64,000 bases of DNA from the NCBI GenBank assembly GCA_963843145.1, contig CAWJJC010000010.1, positions 207,823-271,822 of the forward strand, read 5' to 3'. The notes beneath the pieces were generated by a model that did not search any database, was not told where the DNA came from, and was given only the letters and a program-made list of their open reading frames with translations. A program made the translations under genes and the position numbers. Positions 58,501 through 64,000 of the stretch are shown here, one piece after another (position 1 is the stretch's first letter; each line of letters opens with the position of its first letter). The DNA comes from an uncultured delta proteobacterium. GTDB lineage: Bacteria > Desulfobacterota > RBG-13-43-22.

Positions 58501-61500
58501 GGGAAAAAGCAGGTGCCCGGCGAGTTCCTGGAAGCGACGGGCTTCATCGGGCTGGAGGCGCATGACCCGCAATTCAAGCTGGGCCGAGGCCCAGGCAAAG
58601 TCCAGGGCCCGATCGATGGCGTGGGATTCGCTGTACTTGCCCATCAGCCCCAAGACCTGTTGGCGGGTCTCGCCGGCGGCGAGAATCAGGGAAACCTGGA
58701 CCACCTCCCCCGGCTTCAGCGTCAGGTTCCGGCGCAGGCTGAGGATCGGGTCCAGGACAAAACCCTGGCTGTTGCTGAGCCCCTGGAAGACCCCCATCGG
58801 ATTGGCGAGCGTCCGCCCCCGGCCGATGAATCGGCGCCGGTCGGTCTCGAACTGCCAGGGTTGGTCCTCGGTTCGATTAAGCGTCAGGCGGTGGGCCACA
58901 AAGATGGGGGGATCGTCGGTCCCGCGAAGGCGACGGTGCGCCAGGAGGGCTTGCTGCTGAGCGACCGCCTCGGTATGGATGAACAGTTTATTGAAGGCCG
59001 GATGCTGCCGGTCGGCGTTGTGCGGCGCCAGCGAGAGTTCCACATAGCTGGTGAGACTAAGTCGGCGGGTGCGCAGGGAACGGTTGGTCAGGGTGACCCG
59101 CCGGATCTCCACGTCGTCTTCCGGTGAGACGACCACTTCGGTTTTGGTTTGAATTCCGTGATCCGTGCGCAGAAAAACGGCCCGGTCCAGGGCGAAGTTG
59201 ACCGAATAGGCCTCCACCTTCCCGCCCACTGGCCCATAGGTGTTGGACCAGACCCGATCCGCGTCGGCCTCTTGGAGGTAGCAAAAGGTCCCCCAGGGAT
59301 CCTGGGTCCGATCCGACCGCCAGCGGGTGATCTCCCGGTTGTCCCAGCGGCTGTAGCCGCCGCCGGCGTTCGTGATCATCAAACCATACCGACCGTTGCA
59401 GAGGAGTTGGGTTTTGGGCGTCCGGGTATGGGGGGTATCGAACTTGCTCGCCGAGGGCGCGACTTCGCCGACGCTTTTGGCCGCAGGCGCTCCTTCACGG
59501 GTGGAGATCTGGTGCAGCGGAGGCGAAGAGGGGATCCGTTCCTGGAGCAAGGCCTCAACGGCCCGCACCCGGGGGTCGCCGTGAAAACGACGCCGGATCG
59601 CATTGCCCTGAAGGAAATTGGTCAACGACAGGAAACTCATGCCTTGATGATGGGCCATGTAGGCCTGGACGACTACTCCCCGCTTCGCGTTCGCGACCCG
59701 ATAATCGACTGAAGTCAATCGCTTCGTAGTAGCCATAATCCTGAAGGAGTCCCAAGCCGGCCAGTCGTTTCAGATTCCGCACCGTCTCTCGTGGCGCCAT
59801 GGACACCGCCAGCAGGGAGGCATAGGGTGCCACGACGACTTGTTCCTCCAAACCGCGTTTCAATCCCAGCTCCGGAACGCCAAAAGCCTTGTATTGGTAG
59901 GTCTGGTTGAGGTCCAGATCGCTGTAGGCCGACTCCGAGATCCCCCAGGGCACTTGTCGCCGCCGGCCATAGGCCATCTGGACCGCCACCGCTTCCCGGG
60001 CCGCTTCATCCAGAAGGGTGTTTGCCAGGGATTGTTGAAAAATCAGGGGCATCAGATATTCGAACATCGTCCCGGTCCAACTCAGCAGCACCCGTCGCCG
60101 ACCGATCAGGCCGTAGGGGCGACTCAGGGAAAACCAGTGCTCCACGGGCACATCCCCCCGGGCGATGGCGACAAAACTCCCCAGCCGCGCCTCGCTCGCC
60201 AGGAGGTCATAGTAGGAGCCGTCCAAGCGGCCTTCGGAAACGTTGAAGCCGATGGAGAACAACCGCCGTTCGGAGTCATATAAAAAACGCATGGTGATCG
60301 ATTCGGACAACCGGCGTCCGTCCTGGATGAGCCCTTCGATCAAACCCAGGACTTCACCGGCCAGCCATCTCGAGTTGGCGAAAGCTTCCAGCAGACGGTC
60401 AAGCCATTCCACGAGAGGGCCGACGGCCGGCGCTGCCTGGGCCCGGATCGATTGAAGGATCGAAATACAGTCGACGCGCCCCTGGGCCAAGTCAAGGAGT
60501 GAAGGCGCCTGAGATAGGGCCCGACGAATGGCCGGCAGGGCTTCCGGGCCCAGTGGGACGAGTTCCTCTGCCCCTTTTTCAGCGAGGATTTCGATCCAGC
60601 CAAGATAACGATCCGCGATTTTGCGCCAAGCCCGGACCTGCTGGTCCATCTGCCCGGCCCAATAAACCGCTTCCCCCTCCCTGGCGGCGGACTCCGGCGC
60701 TTCCCCGGACGTGCTTTCAGGGCTACCCCCCCACCGCCTCAACAGACGGAGCGCGTCGGCGAGCTGAGCCGGCGGGTACTCCCCGGCGCGCCCTAGTTCT
60801 TCAAAGGTCTGAACCCTGGGGACCGACAGGCCTTCCGCGGCGAACATCCGGTTCAAAATTTCGTCGGTGTCCCGCAGGCCCTCAAAGGCTTTCCCATCCA
60901 GGACAGGTCCCCGAAGGAGTTCCAAAAGTCCCTGCTCCAGAGACCAGAGGGCGCCCAAAAGGTTTCCGCTGTCCACGGCGGAGACGTATCGGGGTTCGAG
61001 AGGGGACAAGGTCTGAATATCGTACCAATTTAATAGATGCCCCTCATAACGCTCCAGCCTATCGATCGTTTTCATGGTCCGGGTCAGCTTGTCGATGACC
61101 TCATCCACCGTCAGGTATCCAAAATCGGCGGCAGCCAGCGTGCTGACCATCCAGAGACCAATGTTGGTTGGACTGGTCCGCATGGCCAGGTGGTTCCGGG
61201 GGGAGACCTGGTAGTTGTCGGGTGGAAGCCAGGACGTCTCTTCGTTGACCAAGTCCGAAAAATAGCGCCAGGTTCGTCGGGCCACCTGCCTCAGGAAGCG
61301 GCGATCCTTTTCAGACAGCAGACCTTGCGGTGGCAGCACCGGCGGCCGAAGGTTCAAGAGCCAGCCGATCAGGGGGGATAAAAACCATAAGAAGAGCCAG
61401 GGGCTCGCCGGGGCCAGGCTCGAGGGCATCCGAGACCACAGCGCCCAACCCACCAGCCCGCTGAAGACACTTGCCAGGCCCATGGCGAGCACGAAGCGGG

Positions 61501-64000
61501 GCAGTCGATCGCTGCCCCGCCCTGACAGGGTCTGGGCCGAAGTCCACTGGAGCAACCCCCGGTGAGAGAAGAGGCGGCGATACCCGACCCGGAGAATGGC
61601 GTCCAGGGCCAGCCCGGCCTGGTGCGGAAGCAGTGCCCCCTCCACCACTGCCCGCCGCAGATCATGGCCCATTTTCGAGAAGGAAAATCCCTTACAGCCC
61701 CGGCGGGTGGTCGCCATGGTCAAGGGCGACGCCAAAGGCTGGCAGAGCAGTTGCGTGGCGACCAGCAGCGCGGCGATCCATCCGAGCTGAGGAGAAATCA
61801 GCCAGGAGGTGACCAGCAAACCTACAATAGTCACGGGCAACAAGCTCCGTCGCAAGTTGTCGAAAATCTTCCAGCGGTTGAATCCGGAGAGCGGGTTCGG
61901 CACCCACCCCCCTCCCGGCAGAGGAACGCGGGGGAAAATCCAATCCACGATCTGCCAGTCCCCTCGAATCCAGCGATGCTGCCGGCCGATATAGCTTTCA
62001 TATCCTCGGGGAAATTCATCATAAAGTTCGATATCGCTGGCCAGCCCCACCCGGACATGGGCCCCCTCGATCAGGTCGTGGCTCAGCACCCGTCCTTCGG
62101 GAAACCGGCCCGTCAGCACCCGGCTGAAGGCGCGGATATCATAAATCCCTTTGCCATGGTAGAGCCTTCACCGGTGAGATCCTGATGAACATCGGAAACG
62201 GCCTTCGTATAGGGGTCGATTCCCACCGCATCCGCGAAAAGCCGGCTGAAGGGCGAGACGTTCGTACTGGGGAGAGAGGGGCTCACCCGCGGTTGGATAA
62301 TGGTATAGCCGGCGATGATTCTTCCTTCCGCATCAAAGCGCGGCCGATTGAGAGGATGCGCCAGGGTTTCGATCATCCGGCGGGCCGTGCCGGGGGGCAA
62401 TTGCGTGTCGCTGTCCAGGGTGATGACGAAGCTGACCTTGGCCAGTCGGCCCGGATCGCCTACATATACCAGACGATCGGCGCCTTCCGGCCGCGTTCCA
62501 TCCAGCAGGCGATTGAGTTCCTCCAGCTTGCCGCGTTTACGCTCCCAACCGATGAATTTTTGCTCGGATTCACTCCAGGTGCGGTCACGATGAAAAAGGT
62601 AGAAACGGCCACTCGCCATGCCGTTGATTGAGTGCCGCCAGACCTTCAGTCGCCATCCGCAGGAATCGGCTGTCGTCCTCACCCTGGGCTTGATCCGCAT
62701 CGCCGTAATCCGTAAAGAGGCTGAAGAGCAGATGATCTTCAGGGTTGGCCAGATACCGGATCTCCAGCTTCTACACCTCGGCCCGGATGGTTTCCGCATC
62801 CGACAGCATCATGGGCACAACGACCAAAGTCTGAAAAGTATCGGGAATGCCCGCAGCCTCGAAGTCCATCTTGGGCAGGGTTAGCGGCGGAAGCAGCCGG
62901 GTGACAAGATAATTCAGCACTTCCAGCGCCAGTTGGCTGGCGGGAATCAAGATCAAAGGAGGAGGGCGATCACCACTCGGGTACGGGGGGTCTGTCCCTT
63001 CAGACCCAGCCAGGAGATCAAGCCGACGAGGAAAGCGGTCAGGAAACAAAGCCCCAGTAGTAGACGGCTGAATGCCAGGCTTCAACCCAGCGCCGGAGAC
63101 GGAACCGCAGCCCCTCCCGGCCCCCGATAACCCGCGCCAGCTTCCGCTTTCCTTCACCAATCAGATAGGTCCCGACATGGGTCCCCAGGTCATCGTCCGC
63201 CCCTCCCGGGACCTCGTCCCGGGCCAGGTCAACGGCCTTTTGGGCGACCTGGTCTTCCGCCAGACCGGACCCGCGGGACAGCTCTTCAATCTTCCTGCGA
63301 TAGCGATCCCGGGTTTCAAAATCCATCTGGTAATAGACGCCGGCAGGATCCAGACGCAGGATCCGCTCCACCCGGCTGAGATGCTCGAAGATCTTCCGCC
63401 AATCCAGCAGGGTGAGTTGCCGCAGGCTGGTAAAGGCATTGCCGATGGCGATCTGGTCCTTCGTCTGCCGGTTTTGCTCGCGCAGGTTGAGTTCGCACAA
63501 GGGTTTGCGGTAGAGGCGTTCCAGCCAACTCTGAACGGGCGCCAGGGCCGCTTCTTCATCGTAGAGGTGATCGACCAGTTGGGCCGCGAAATAGGGGCTC
63601 GGATCGGGCCGGCTTTCGGCCAGTTCCGCCAGGATCGAAAAGAGTTGGGTGGGATCGCGCCGGTTGGCCGTCAGAAGCCGGTTGGCCCAAAAGCCGGCCA
63701 CCTCCCGTTCCCGCATTTCGCTCAGCGCTCCGGCGGCCAGGTTTTGAATGGCCTCGATCAGGGCGATGCGCAGCATCTGAGGGATCGCCCAGAGTTCGCC
63801 GATGGTCAGCGTTTGCACGGACTGATAGGCCTCGCCAAAGGCCAGGATGTTCTCCCGGTCCAGGCGCAATTCCGTATGGGAGACGAGGGCCTTGGCCAGG
63901 CCGTAAATGCGGGGCAGGCCCCGGTAGGGCTCGTTGGCCAATACCGGCAGTTGCTGGTAGTAGCGTCGAGGAAGGTTTCTCTGAACGTCCCGCGCCTGGC
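55576..64000 (-). CDS. ndvB: Cyclic beta-1,2-glucan synthase (Cgs/NdvB/ChvB) with C-terminal GH94 phosphorylase; 5' end outside the window; several frameshifts
   Basis: Pieces 63039..64000, 62771..63160, 62113..62799, 59555..62119, 55576..59736: LPRIY, ELWAIP.MLR, GWERKRGKLEELN, TLDSDT, SHDLIEG, HRWIRGDWQ, LPPDNYQ, RTSPTNIG, YDLLASEARL, YQSGGAFGFRDQLQD, GDWNDGMN, RENGGQYT, GGWSWYTGSA. Confidence 0.92.

Overview
GC-rich chromosomal window whose gene content resembles an anaerobic Desulfobacterota/deltaproteobacterium (inference from gene content only). From left to right it holds: a truncated secreted beta-helix protein; a Liv-type ABC importer; an anaerobic CoA-thioester cluster (two HgdAB/BzdNO-like subunits, two different ATP-dependent activases, a double-hotdog protein and a CoA ligase); DUF2207 and IorAB-type molybdoenzyme genes; a QueG-like protein; HDOD, tatA, GT2, MCP and Tex genes; beta-oxidation-type enzymes; a ~10 kb accessory cluster (three VapBC-type pairs, two DUF4160/DUF2442 pairs, two AAA_14-DUF4143 ATPases and an AT-rich TIR + beta-helix gene); tandem TIGR03768-like metallophosphoesterases with an expansin; and a large cyclic beta-1,2-glucan synthase running off the right end. 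Several genes carry single-base frameshifts in short homopolymers, which look like long-read errors. Three gene remnants look like real deletion products. Intergenic DNA is rich in REP/MITE-like palindromes, one of which has two perfect hairpins with complementary loops. I found no rRNA, tRNA, CRISPR array, integrase or transposase. All family assignments come from motif recognition by eye, with no database searches.
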